Of a DNA stretch of 64,000 bases, positions 32,154 through 42,178 are shown one piece after another. This stretch comes from Paramoeba atlantica (lineage: Eukaryota; Protista; Discosea). Within the stretch, counting starts at the first letter, position 1. Each line of letters opens with the position of its first letter. Under the pieces are notes generated by a model. That model did no database searches and had not been told where the DNA came from. It saw only the letters and a list, made by a program, of their open reading frames with translations. Location of the stretch: contig CDRNVI010000044.1 of assembly GCA_977017575.1 (NCBI GenBank), positions 558,001-622,000 of the forward strand, read 5' to 3'. The position numbers were made by a program, and so were the translations under genes.

Positions 32154-34499
32154 CTATCGTGAAGCAACGGCGTGAGGAACAAACTTTCCCGTGGCAGGGC
32201 GGATGCAACAGCAATGTCGACATGTTTCGCGACGACCTTCATTCCGCCTACCACAGTAGCATGTCCACGGAGTGGGTTCACCTTTCTTAGGGACAACCGT
32301 CTGTATGGTTTCCGATTTTCCCTTCGAATTAGACGGCGGTTCCGTTCGCTGCGTCTCACCCACAGTTCCCGATTTCATCTCTTGCTCTTCTTCCTTCCCA
32401 CCTTCTGTCTTCTTGTTCGCCACTTCCTCCCCCTTCTCCTTTTTCCCATCCCCCACAACGTGGCGCTCCTTCTCTCCCTCCCGCTCCTTCCCCCTTTCCT
32501 CTCTCCCCGAGCGCAACACCGCCTCTTCCTCCGCCGTCCCTCGCCTCTTCTCCTGTTCCTTTGCACATCGGTTCGCCTCCACCTTTTCAAAGAACCCCGC
32601 CGGCCCCTTTCCCTCCTCCCCCCTCGTCATCGACCCCCGTCCTCCCTGCCCGGACAGGTCCCCCCTTTCCCGTTCCCTCCCCTCCCGTTCCTCCCTCCCC
32701 TCCCCCTGCCTTCCCCTCCTATGCCCCCCCGGACGTCCCCGCCGGGGGGAGTCACCCTGACGCGACCCCTCCCCTCGACGACGGGGCTCCTCGTCGTCAC
32801 ACCCCCTCCCCCGATCACGCGTCCCCCTGCCCCGGTCACGCGACCGCCCCTCCCCCTCTGCCCCTCCCCCCCGGTGTCGGGTTCTCCCCTCCCCTCTGTC
32901 CCGTCGCTCCCCTCTCTCCTGGAACGACCGTCGCTCCGTTCCGGAGTCGTGGACCGCTCTACGCGGGCCATCGCTACTGCGGTAACGGTAGCGTAGGTGG
33001 GAGGGGGAGGGGCTACGCGAGGGGGAGCGGTGTCGGGTTCGTTGGTGGTGCGGGCTGTGGGGGTGAGGGCTGGGGTCCCGTCGACGGTACTTGGGGTTGG
33101 GATGCGTACTGCGATGCGTACGCGTGTAACGCTTACGAAGCCCAGAGGAGGGACTACGGGTACGGCTACGGCTACGGTAGTGGTGGTGGTGGTGATTACG
33201 GTCTCGAGGGGTTGTGCGGTCTCGAGGAGGGGAGGAGCGACGACGTTGGGGGGAACGGGATCGGGGGTGAGGGTGGGTAGGGCTTGTTACGTTGAGGTTG
33301 TTACGTGGGGGGTGGGTGGGTTGAGGTTGTTGTTTTTCATGATGGGTTGTGGAGGAGGGATGGGGGTTACGAGGCTTGGTAGAGGAGGATGCGGGGGAAC
33401 GGGAGAGGGGGCTGAGGGAGAGTGAACGGGGTAGTTCGTTGTGTGGTTCTTTTTGGGGTGTTTGTTGTTGTTGTTCTTGTTGCTGTTGCTGTAGAGTAGG
33501 TTGTCCTTTTTGCGGTACTCGATCTTCAGTTTCCTCCTCTTGTAGGATTTGTTGCGTAAGTGGGGAGTCCACCATGAAGGAAGGCTCAGTGTTGTCGTCC
33601 TCAAAGGGGATAGGGTCGGGGACGGGACTCTGGGGTTGGGGTTCCGTCAGTGGGAGGGGTTGGATGGGATCAAGCGTGAGCATCGGAGGCCGAGGGTTCG
33701 CTTTGACCTTCGGGGAAGGAACCGAGGCGACCGTTGGGGGTATCGGGGGTGTGGGGTCGGATTCGTTGTGGGTCGACGTGATGGTGGCCTCTGTGCATGT
33801 CGTTGTGGCTACGGTAGCCGTCGTGGGGAGAGGTATCGTGTCGACTGGTGCTGTTCCCATTCCAGAAGCGAGGTTGGGCAGCGAAAAGACCGGTGGCGGT
33901 GGAAAGGAGATAGGGGGAGGAGGGGCGAAGGGGGAGGTAAGTCCAAAGGGAAACCCGAGGGGAGTGGCGAGAGTGGGCTGTGAGACACCCCGTTCAGTGC
34001 TTTCGGAAGGGGCGTTTGGAGTAGAGAGTCCCTGAGGTGTCGACATGTTGGGTACAGATCCCATCGACAGGGTGTGCGACATGGGTGGGTAACCCGTCTG
34101 TGGCATTTGCATCTGCGGCATTTGCATCTGTGGTATTTGCATCTGGGGCATTTGCATATGTGGCATTTGTAGTTGTGGCATTTGCATTTGCATCATTTGC
34201 ATTGCAAACGGGTTGTAAGGGTTGACCATGGTCAATGAACGTGACGCTTGGCTCATCCAATTGCTGGCTTCTTGTATTTGTGTTTGTTGTTCAGCCATTC
34301 TGTTTCGAAGTGTGGTGATGGTCTCTTCCATATCTTTATTTCGTGTCGAATATCCTTCGTTCTGTGCCTTTAGACCAGAAATAACGTATCGTACCGAATT
34401 CCAGTGCTTAACAGCAAGTTCCGAGATATTAGGTGTTGCAGGATCAATCTTTTCCGCAGTCATCAGTTTCTGAATCTCCGCCGCCTCTTGATCGGCCAT
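32154..34499 (-). CDS. RS/low-complexity protein with N-terminal coiled coil, MPQMQ repeats and C-terminal RanBP2-type zinc finger
   Basis: RSRSRTRSPS tracts, WTCYCGRRNEGRRETCRHC. Confidence 0.75.
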   Translation of the reverse strand: MADQEAAEIQKLMTAEKIDPATPNISELAVKHWNSVRYVISGLKAQNEGYSTRNKDMEETITTLRNRMAEQQTQIQEASNWMSQASRSLTMVNPYNPFAMQMMQMQMPQLQMPHMQMPQMQIPQMQMPQMQMPQTGYPPMSHTLSMGSVPNMSTPQGLSTPNAPSESTERGVSQPTLATPLGFPFGLTSPFAPPPPISFPPPPVFSLPNLASGMGTAPVDTIPLPTTATVATTTCTEATITSTHNESDPTPPIPPTVASVPSPKVKANPRPPMLTLDPIQPLPLTEPQPQSPVPDPIPFEDDNTEPSFMVDSPLTQQILQEEETEDRVPQKGQPTLQQQQQEQQQQTPQKEPHNELPRSLSLSPLSRSPASSSTKPRNPHPSSTTHHEKQQPQPTHPPRNNLNVTSPTHPHPRSRSPQRRRSSPPRDRTTPRDRNHHHHHYRSRSRTRSPSSGLRKRYTRTHRSTHPNPKYRRRDPSPHPHSPHHQRTRHRSPSRSPSPSHLRYRYRSSDGPRRAVHDSGTERRSFQERGERRDRGEGRTRHRGGGAEGEGRSRDRGRGTRDRGRGCDDEEPRRRGEGSRQGDSPRRGRPGGHRRGRQGEGREEREGRERERGDLSGQGGRGSMTRGEEGKGPAGFFEKVEANRCAKEQEKRRGTAEEEAVLRSGREERGKEREGEKERHVVGDGKKEKGEEVANKKTEGGKEEEQEMKSGTVGETQRTEPPSNSKGKSETIQTVVPKKGEPTPWTCYCGRRNEGRRETCRHCCCIRPATGKFVPHAVASR
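34098..34203 (-). repeat. 15-bp coding tandem repeat (MPQMQ units)
   Basis: ggcatttgcatctgN units on the + strand. Confidence 0.85.
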
Positions 34500-34682
34500 A
34501 CAATGTATCAACGAAACGTTAAAAGGATAAAGCTTTTTTGAATTTAGTTTCTTATTTCATTCCCATTTGCATAGTGAGATGTAGCTTTCGATAGTTGCAT
34601 GAAAATAATCACTTAATCAGTAAACTTTCCTCAAAAGCAGTTGCTTCCTTATTTGTTATAACCATCACCCAGAAATCATGTA

Positions 34683-34790
34683 TACAGTACGCATGTCCAG
34701 AAGTAGTACAGTAGTAGTCTACAGTAGTAGTATACATGTACAGTACATGTAACGTGTGATCTAGATCTACACATACAGTACGACGTACTG
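34683..34790. other. Array of TACAGTA/TACATGTA Tc1-type footprint motifs
   Basis: TACAGTA at 34683, 34707, 34720, 34739, 34774; TACATGTA at 34733, 34744. Confidence 0.7.
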
Positions 34791-34792
34791 TG

Positions 34793-36114
34793 TAAACCCC
34801 TCGACACAATAAAGCACCCCCCTCTAAAATTTGTATGGTAAGTCCGTTTGAGCTAATTCTTGTGGCATTTTGCAGATCTCAGTGAATAGACTTTGCGCAC
34901 CTTGTAAAATTGTCCTGGGATGAATAAGGTAACATATAAGTAGACGATTACCACTTTTTCACTTTTTCTCCCTTGCACTTTACGCAGGCTTCTAGTCGAC
35001 GATCGAAGCTTAAAACAGTTTTATTTGCCTTCGGGGGATTACTTTAAATGCTTTTTTTACACACCTAATAAGCGAAGTAGTACTGGAGGGGTTCATTCCA
35101 CACACTCGTTGCTGTATCATTTCCCATACATTTTCTATAGGATTGAGGTCAGGTGAGTTGGCAGGCCAATTTTTGATATGCTGAATTTCTGATTCAAAAA
35201 GATAAGACTTTGTCATTTTTGCAGTGTGTGCGCCTGCTCCATCTTGTTGAAAAATAAACGGGGGAAAGGAGTCTTACGCGGGGTTTTAATATACGTTTCG
35301 CTCGTAATTGAGCTGTCATTGGGAAGAATAGCTAGATAACGCCACCCAACTCCAATGGCACCCCACACATGGCATTTTGGGGCCCAACGCATTTTCTGCC
35401 TTGGAGCAGCCTTTTCGCCCGGGGCAACCCATATTTTTTTACGCATATCATTAGTATCAAAGATTTTTTCATCAGAAAATACAATTATGCGTGAATCTCC
35501 ATTCCATGCTAAGGCAAACTCAACCCTTTTAACCTTCTGACGTTCGGTCAACGACATAGCAACCGGGCGTGGGGAATAAGTATATTTCATTGCTTTTAAG
35601 TCACGTTGAACAGTGCGTTTTGTGACATGTACCCCCTTTTTACTCAATCTCCCCGAAATGCATCTAGCGCTGCTGTGTTTCGGCACTCCAGCAAGGTCTT
35701 TTGGTGAAATAATGGTTACTAATTTTTTTCTGCGACGCAAAATATTCTTTTTCGGTGTAAATATTTTGGTTTTATTGGTTTCTTTTGCTTTCAGATATTG
35801 CCTCACATATTTTACAGAAATATTAAATTCTTGTGCAAGTTGCTTCTTTGGGACACCGTCCTCGAACCTCAGGCGCAATAATGTCTTACCTATAGGGGTC
35901 ATCCCCCCTTTGGGGGACGGTACTTGGATTTTACCATGAAAGTTTAGAAAAAAAATATTACTGAAACTGCTTTTTTCAAAAGTTTTAAATGAAGCTAAAA
36001 ACCCCGGGAACGTGCAGATATCAAAATTCTGGACGATAAATTGGTGTTGCAACCCCCATGGGACCCCGCACGCAAAAAATAAAGGGGGGTGCTTTATTCG
36101 TGTCGAGGGGTTTA
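34793..36114 (-). mobile_element. Near-complete Tc1/mariner element with a single-frameshift DD35E transposase (ATG 35902 to stop 35010)
   Basis: ~31-bp TIRs taaacccctcgacac(g)aataaagcacccccct at 34793-34823 and 36083-36114. Motifs FSDE, FQQDGAGAH, WPANSPDLNPIENVW; 35 residues between the second D and E by my count. Frameshift near 35270. Confidence 0.92.
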
Positions 36115-36938
36115 TACATACTATGTACATACTACATGTACGATGTAGCAAGTATCCTTATCCTATGCTAAGCTTAAATTAAAGGATTTTATGGTCCGCA
36201 GTTTAGGTGCGGAAGCAGAAAACCGAATGAAGAATGTATTTAAATCTTTCTGACAGCATCACTGTATTCACTCAGGAAGACTTGCCCGATCTTTCATTCG
36301 AGTAGATTTCAGAGGTGATTGTACCTGCTTATTTTTTTGCTTTAATTCTCTTACTTCCTTTTTTGCTCTTTGAACCAGGCGAAGAACTTCTTTTTTGTAT
36401 AATCGTAGCACGGGGGTAAGATTGAGAGTCATTAAAACAGAAATTGAGTCAAAGGCATAGGTATAAGATATTGTACATGTATGTAAAATTGTATACAAAA
36501 TGCTACAAATTTACAACGCTTATAAAATTCACGTAGAAGTCCTACCGAACATACGCAAAGTACAATATTAAAGAACGATGACATTTCATTTAGCATGAAA
36601 TTATTTGGCCGGCGAAAGCGATTGTGCTAAATTCATATTTGAAACCTTTCTGTTCCTTATACTTTACTACTATCGTTAACCACACAGGCATCGTTGTTAC
36701 ATTGCACAACCGCAGAGAAGAGTATTTAGACTGCGTTAGTTTCATACATTAGGAAAACATCTTAAAATTTATGTTGAGCTTTCGATTGGCTGCGTCGTTC
36801 AACAAAAATCTCTCTTTTACTTTACACACTGATGGAAAACCGGAAAAATAGAAGTGTTGACTTGCAATCAAGGGACAGAAAACCAAAGTTGAAAATCAAT
36901 TTTCTTATAGGACTATAATAGTATATCCGTGCAGCAGG

Positions 36939-37760
36939 TCACCATTGTGACCTTTCAGACGGAGACATTTTTTCCCACATACTTTTTATCTCTGCTAGAT
37001 CCATGGATTCAGTGAGTTCCGAGTCGTCCGCTTTCATTGGAGGCGTCATGCCGGGCATGAATCCCATAGCGGGGTTAAATACGGAATGAATATTACGAGA
37101 TCCCGTAGTTGGACGCATTTTCACAGTAGCTGGAAGAAAGTACGAGGGATCCGTATCTTGCGTCCTTACTTTCCTACCTCTTCGAACGCGTCCACGTGTG
37201 ATTCCCTCAGTAAGTTTTTGTGTAGTTTTTACCAGCGATTTATCTCCTGAGGTAGGAGATTTCTTGAGTACATCGTTACTCATGGCACGAGCCAAATCGT
37301 AGTATGTCCACATATCCGTGACATCTCGGTTCTCCCCACAAGTCCCAGTTCTACTTAGGCGTAAAATCCTTTTTTGGACCTCAACAAATGCTTGGTAGCT
37401 CTTGGAGGGCTGGAGCTCGCTTGCCTGCGCACTGGTTGCAGGCAAAGAAACCTTAGAGGAAGTTAATCCGGTCGATTTTCCCGCCTTCGATTCCTTCAAA
37501 CTTAAGGATTCTAATTCCTCCCGAGCGGCCTTTTGGAGTTCCTCCAGCGAGAGTCCCTCCTGAGCTCGGGCCGCCAATACGTACGGAAGTTTCTCCTCGT
37601 TTGTCATTCCGTACCATTGGGCAAGTAGCAGTCTCTCTCGTGTCTCGTCGCATCGCACTTTCGGCAAATGTTCCATAGCACTGAAAAGGTGATGCCGTAC
37701 AAAAATGGCCTGTGCCCCTTTGCGCAAGATTGGAAGGTATGAGTCACGAAGTTTAGTCAT
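36939..37760 (-). CDS. Hypothetical protein with HMG-box-like segments
   Basis: QWYGMTNEEKLPYV and MWEKMSPSERSQW resemble HMG helix 2-3. Confidence 0.55.
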   Translation of the reverse strand: MTKLRDSYLPILRKGAQAIFVRHHLFSAMEHLPKVRCDETRERLLLAQWYGMTNEEKLPYVLAARAQEGLSLEELQKAAREELESLSLKESKAGKSTGLTSSKVSLPATSAQASELQPSKSYQAFVEVQKRILRLSRTGTCGENRDVTDMWTYYDLARAMSNDVLKKSPTSGDKSLVKTTQKLTEGITRGRVRRGRKVRTQDTDPSYFLPATVKMRPTTGSRNIHSVFNPAMGFMPGMTPPMKADDSELTESMDLAEIKSMWEKMSPSERSQW

Positions 37761-38322
37761 GTTACAACATGTCGTGAGAGTAGTGTTGATAAAACATATG
37801 CAATGTCATACAAGAATTACAGGTACGGCATAAGAACTTATTTTGCATAACAAATTGTTATAAAAAAGAGACATTTAGATTCCAGGGAATGCTTTCCTAC
37901 CCTTGTTCGAGTCGGTTCGCGCGACACTTATGTGCCTGCAACAAGAGTTTATTTTACATGTAAGGCACATTGCGTTTCCATTAAAAATTCTAGAACTTTT
38001 ACAACTTTTAGCTTTTAGATTTTCAATCTGTTAGAAACATTATTGAAAACGTTCGGTTAAAAGTTTCCTCGTGAGCGCCGACCTCAAGATACAATACAAG
38101 AAAATCTATCGAAAATCTTGCACTACTAGCATTCGATTACAGAAAGATTTCACACGCAAAATTCATAAGAATTCTAAAGTAAACATACTTTATATCACTA
38201 AATATGCAGTAGCAAAAGCACAAAGTAAAGCAAGGGGAGCACAACTGAGTCACATACCATCTTCAACGAAAAGGTCCATAGCATTTATGCATGACGTATC
38301 TGATTCTACTTATTTCTCGTAA

Positions 38323-38646
38323 TTAATCTTTCATAGTTTCCAAATAGGCAATAATGTCCGCGCGATCTTTTTCTTTCTTCAAACCAGCGAAAGCCATCTT
38401 GGTACCGGGCATAAATTTTTTCGGATTCTCCAAGTATGTGTTCAATACCTCAGGAGTCCATATCGTGTTGCTGTCAGCATTCGCCTTCGAATACACAAAC
38501 CCAGGAATTTGTCCCGACTTGCGATTCACAATGTCATACAAGTTTGGCCCTACGCCGTTGGGACCGTCCTTGTTCGCTGTGTGACACTGCGCAGCGCGCG
38601 CTTTAAAGATGGATTTACCTTTGATAGGGTCGCCTTGTACCGCCAT
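38323..38646 (-). CDS. CYCS: Cytochrome c, euglenozoan single-cysteine type
   Basis: [33 protein letters not shown] (MAVQGD) at 38646. Confidence 0.98.
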   Translation of the reverse strand: MAVQGDPIKGKSIFKARAAQCHTANKDGPNGVGPNLYDIVNRKSGQIPGFVYSKANADSNTIWTPEVLNTYLENPKKFMPGTKMAFAGLKKEKDRADIIAYLETMKD

Positions 38647-38898
38647 TAAGTACGAAAGGAAGAAAAGTAAACAAAAAATGAAATACCCGATTCCTAAAGT
38701 GTGAAGTCTGTAAATGCTCAAGATGAGTAGATAGGAGAGTAAAGAAAAAAACTGACACAGATCTGGAATCGTTGATAGAGGTAGTGGTTTCACTATGCTA
38801 TTCCCTTCGCAAACATGAAAGGCTTTCATGACCTCTTCGATCGCCACTGCACTCCACCTCCATATTTTCCAAACCCCAACCCCCCCATCCCCCACCCC

Positions 38899-39501
38899 CT
38901 ACTTCCTCCCCTGCGTCAGCACCACATACCCCGCAAACACCGCCAGCCCCACATACTTCAACCACGGGTAATCATTCACCACAATCGTGACCATCCCCAA
39001 CGCCGGGACATACCCCAACCCCTTCCCCAAAATATGCTTCGGGGCCAAATACATCTGCCCCTCGGCGTACAACCCCCTGTCATCGATGTAGTTGTTATCC
39101 CCTTTCGAGAGCACCTCCACCCCCCCATCCGCGTCCCACGCACTCTCGGGATGCCGAACCACATCATTGGTGTGGTTGCGGTGGATCCGTAGCACCCGGT
39201 GGACAATCGGGATCTCCCGGTTGTCCACACGAAACACCAGGACGTCCCCGACCTGTAAGGGGCCATCGAAGTGCAGGGTGAGACTCAGGAGGTCCCCGCG
39301 CTCGTAGGCGGGTTCCATGGAACCGCTGAGGACGACCACCACGGGGGCGTCGCTCACGGTGAGGGTGGCCATGGATTTCCACAGTACCATGGCGGAGGAG
39401 ATGAGGAGGAGAAGGGAGAGGGTTTGGTGGGTGTAGTCCCGGAGACGGAGGGAACGGGCAGCGGTGAGATAGGGGCGGGTGGAGGGGGGGAGGGAAAGCA
39501 T
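38899..39501 (-). CDS. SEC11: Signal peptidase complex catalytic subunit Sec11
   Basis: VVVLSGSMEPAYERGDLL, IPIVHRV, SKGDNN..DDRGLY. Confidence 0.95.
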   Translation of the reverse strand: MLSLPPSTRPYLTAARSLRLRDYTHQTLSLLLLISSAMVLWKSMATLTVSDAPVVVVLSGSMEPAYERGDLLSLTLHFDGPLQVGDVLVFRVDNREIPIVHRVLRIHRNHTNDVVRHPESAWDADGGVEVLSKGDNNYIDDRGLYAEGQMYLAPKHILGKGLGYVPALGMVTIVVNDYPWLKYVGLAVFAGYVVLTQGRK

Positions 39502-40629
39502 GGGGAGGAGGGGTGGAGGGGGGGAAGAGAGAGGACAATAAAGGGGGGGGGGTAAAGGCGATTGTTTTCTGGTAGAAAAGTTGTTGCTATAATTGTTAAA
39601 ATAGGAAATGTTAAAATTTCCTTTAATGTTTTGTGAAGTACTTTTTTGCCTTCTTTGCATCATATTGTTTATTTTGAGTATCTTTAAGGTGCAGTTCTTT
39701 ATATTCTGGTAGTGATTTTGGGCAACCGAGGATGTACTCGCTTGTAGTACAAGCCTTGTACCCGGTATGTACTCATTGTGCTCGGTTAGGGTTCACATAT
39801 GCTTACAAGTATTAAAATGTAATCAGGATCCCAAACCATCTGTCAAAGAATAGTTAAATGTTCCGTGCTGTTTTCGACTTGTGTGGATTCATTGGCACAA
39901 TATTCATTGACCCTCTGAACATAACCAAAAATTACTCATCAAAGCGTACTGTTAGATTAGTTGCAGAGATTGACGATGGTTACACTCCACTCGGTCATAC
40001 ACTTTGCATTCATCTTCTTTTTTGGCTTCCCCCCAGTAAGAGTTACTTGGCTCGGTAGCCCCACAGGAGGCGTATAGGGAGTAGGAGGTGGGAGTCCGCA
40101 TGTCGAGGGCCTCGGGGTAACTCAAATAAGCTCTGGATTATCATATCCAGTGCGCCAGTATTTTCGCATATCCGGTGTCCAAAAAATTCTAGTTTGAATC
40201 AGCGAATTTCCATTTCTCGTACACTCGACGTGCACTTTGTGGCGAGCAAACCGGAAGTAGGGTGCGGACAGCTCCGGGAAATGTATAAACAGCACGCGGG
40301 AGAAAAACGGTTATAAAAGTGGTTATGTAAAAAATTATTACAAAAAGTGTTATAAAAAGTGGGGCGGCGACATCGACCGCAAGGCAGGCGGCAGAGAGTG
40401 GGGCGAGCGAGGATCTCAACAAGGCGAGCGTTTAAACACGTTTTCAGAAAAAAAAGGTCAGGGGGTGAAAGAATTCATTATTGAACTAACTTGCCCAAGG
40501 GAGGGAAACATGCAGGCCGCGCATGAGCGAAAAATGCTGAAACATAATGAAAAATGCTGTGGCATACGCGAAAGCATAATCATCCCGAAACATATCTATT
40601 CGCCCTAGAGATTGAGGCACGCGGAAGGG

Positions 40630-40668
40630 AATTTACTCGCCCAGTCTTGTAGACTGGGCGAGTAAATT
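40630..40668. repeat. Perfect 18-bp hairpin with 3-nt loop
   Basis: aatttactcgcccagtct-tgt-agactgggcgagtaaatt. Confidence 0.92.
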
Positions 40669-41586
40669 GTACATGCTCTTCTGCGGGGACACAAAGCTTG
40701 CGAAAGAGTGTCGCCAACACTTGGTGACGAGGGCCTTTAGGAGGAGTTTTACTATATGCCAAAATCGGGACCGCACAAACTGGAACCCTATGGATGTTTG
40801 TGTTTCGGATGAGTAAATGTGAACAGCCAAACACGTTGTATGCGTGTATGGGATCGTATATTGTGTGATCTCAGGCTATTTGACTTAATCTCTACAGTTT
40901 AACTGTAGATCGTTCTTCGTTTTAACACGTTTTCAGGAAATAGCTTTTTTCAAAAAAACATGGGAGAAAAGAGAAAACAGGCCAAAAAAGCACACCCCCC
41001 GAGTAAGAGAGATTTGACCATTTTGACCCAAAACCCATTCTTAAACCCCCCACTTAAACGCAAGGGCGCACATATTTCAGGCATAATCATACTACTACAG
41101 AGTAAGAAAGAGTGTAACTCCTCTAGTGGTGATGAGAGAAAATTATCTCCGGCGGTCTCTCTAATTTTTGCCAGAGTAGACACGAGTGTAATCTCTGGTG
41201 ACTTGCTAGTTCACTGCGATAAAATGATGTAAAATACCGAGACTGTCCGTGTTGGCGTCACTCAGTGAGTGACACTCACTCCTCGACAATCATTACTACC
41301 ACGGTGATAATATCACCATTTAAATTACGCTTGTTTGGTACGCGGGCGGTAGAGGATTGCAGCTGCACCACATGGTGGGTGGGGGAGAGGAAAAACGAGG
41401 AAAGATAGGGAGATAAAAGGAAGTGTGTGGGTAGGTGTGGGTGGTGCGGTGGAAACATTTCGCTTTTGTACTAAAAAGAATTAAGTAATGTTTTTCAAGC
41501 TACAAACCGTTACAAATTGTAAACGAATTGTGTAAATAAAAATGATTTGATAAAAACCGCACAATCTTGAGTAGTAGAAATGTTGT

Positions 41587-42003
41587 TTACCGATTTGTGG
41601 GCGAGGAAACAGATGTGGATTCAGCATGTGATGCAGTTTTTGAAAGTTCTTGTGCTTTTTCTTGTATTTGACGCATGCGGGTTACGACAGCCTCCTCCTT
41701 GCGGTCCATATCTTTCAGCAGTTCCTCCACCTTCTTAACCTCATTATTCAAATATTCAAGGCGCTTTTCGATGACCGCTTTCGCATCCGTTTTATCCTGC
41801 GATACCAGCACGGGACCAATCAGTTTGTATACCGTGGAGGCATCACCTAGCAACGCGAGTTCCTTCCGAACTGTCTCGTTTTCGGTGACTTGAGAACTTA
41901 ATTGGTGATCTATTTGCACCGTTTTCGTTCTTTGTGCGCGCAATTTTTGCATTGCGTCGTTCTGCTCGCGCATTTGTCGATTGAGAGTTTCCATAGAGGT
42001 CAT
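41587..42003 (-). CDS. PFDN6: Prefoldin subunit 6
   Basis: Q..ENE.V..EL..L..VYKLIGPVLV.QD..AK..+EKRLEY with flanking coiled coils. Confidence 0.92.
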   Translation of the reverse strand: MTSMETLNRQMREQNDAMQKLRAQRTKTVQIDHQLSSQVTENETVRKELALLGDASTVYKLIGPVLVSQDKTDAKAVIEKRLEYLNNEVKKVEELLKDMDRKEEAVVTRMRQIQEKAQELSKTASHAESTSVSSPTNR

Positions 42004-42178
42004 TCTGCTCCTACGAAAAATATAGAAAAATGAGGCTATAAATTTCCATGTCAAAAACAGCCTGCTTGATAAATTTATTTCTAATTGTATTATACAATAC
42101 AATTATTATACAAAATTATTTCTATTTGTTTCTAAAAATAAGGTTGGTGAAAGACTACTACTGAGATACTACACTGTA

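Noticed and set aside
32172-34035. Many long + strand or alternate-frame ORFs in GC islands (also at 14, 19, 26, 51, 56, 63 kb)
   Set aside because: Shadows of GC-rich minus-strand genes with no recognisable domains.
38647-38895. ORF-track N-terminal extensions (cytochrome c, SEC11, KREL2, metaxin, prefoldin, UMSBP)
   Set aside because: They translate pyrimidine tracts and UTRs; downstream ATGs match the family starts.
40580-40834. RHSFAS (tyrosine recombinase-like) and RHQVL (RLE-like) peptides
   Set aside because: Single short motifs without supporting context.
41370-41460. Orphan purine tract resembling a splice-acceptor region with no gene downstream
   Set aside because: Following ORFs are short and unrecognisable; cannot support a gene or pseudogene.
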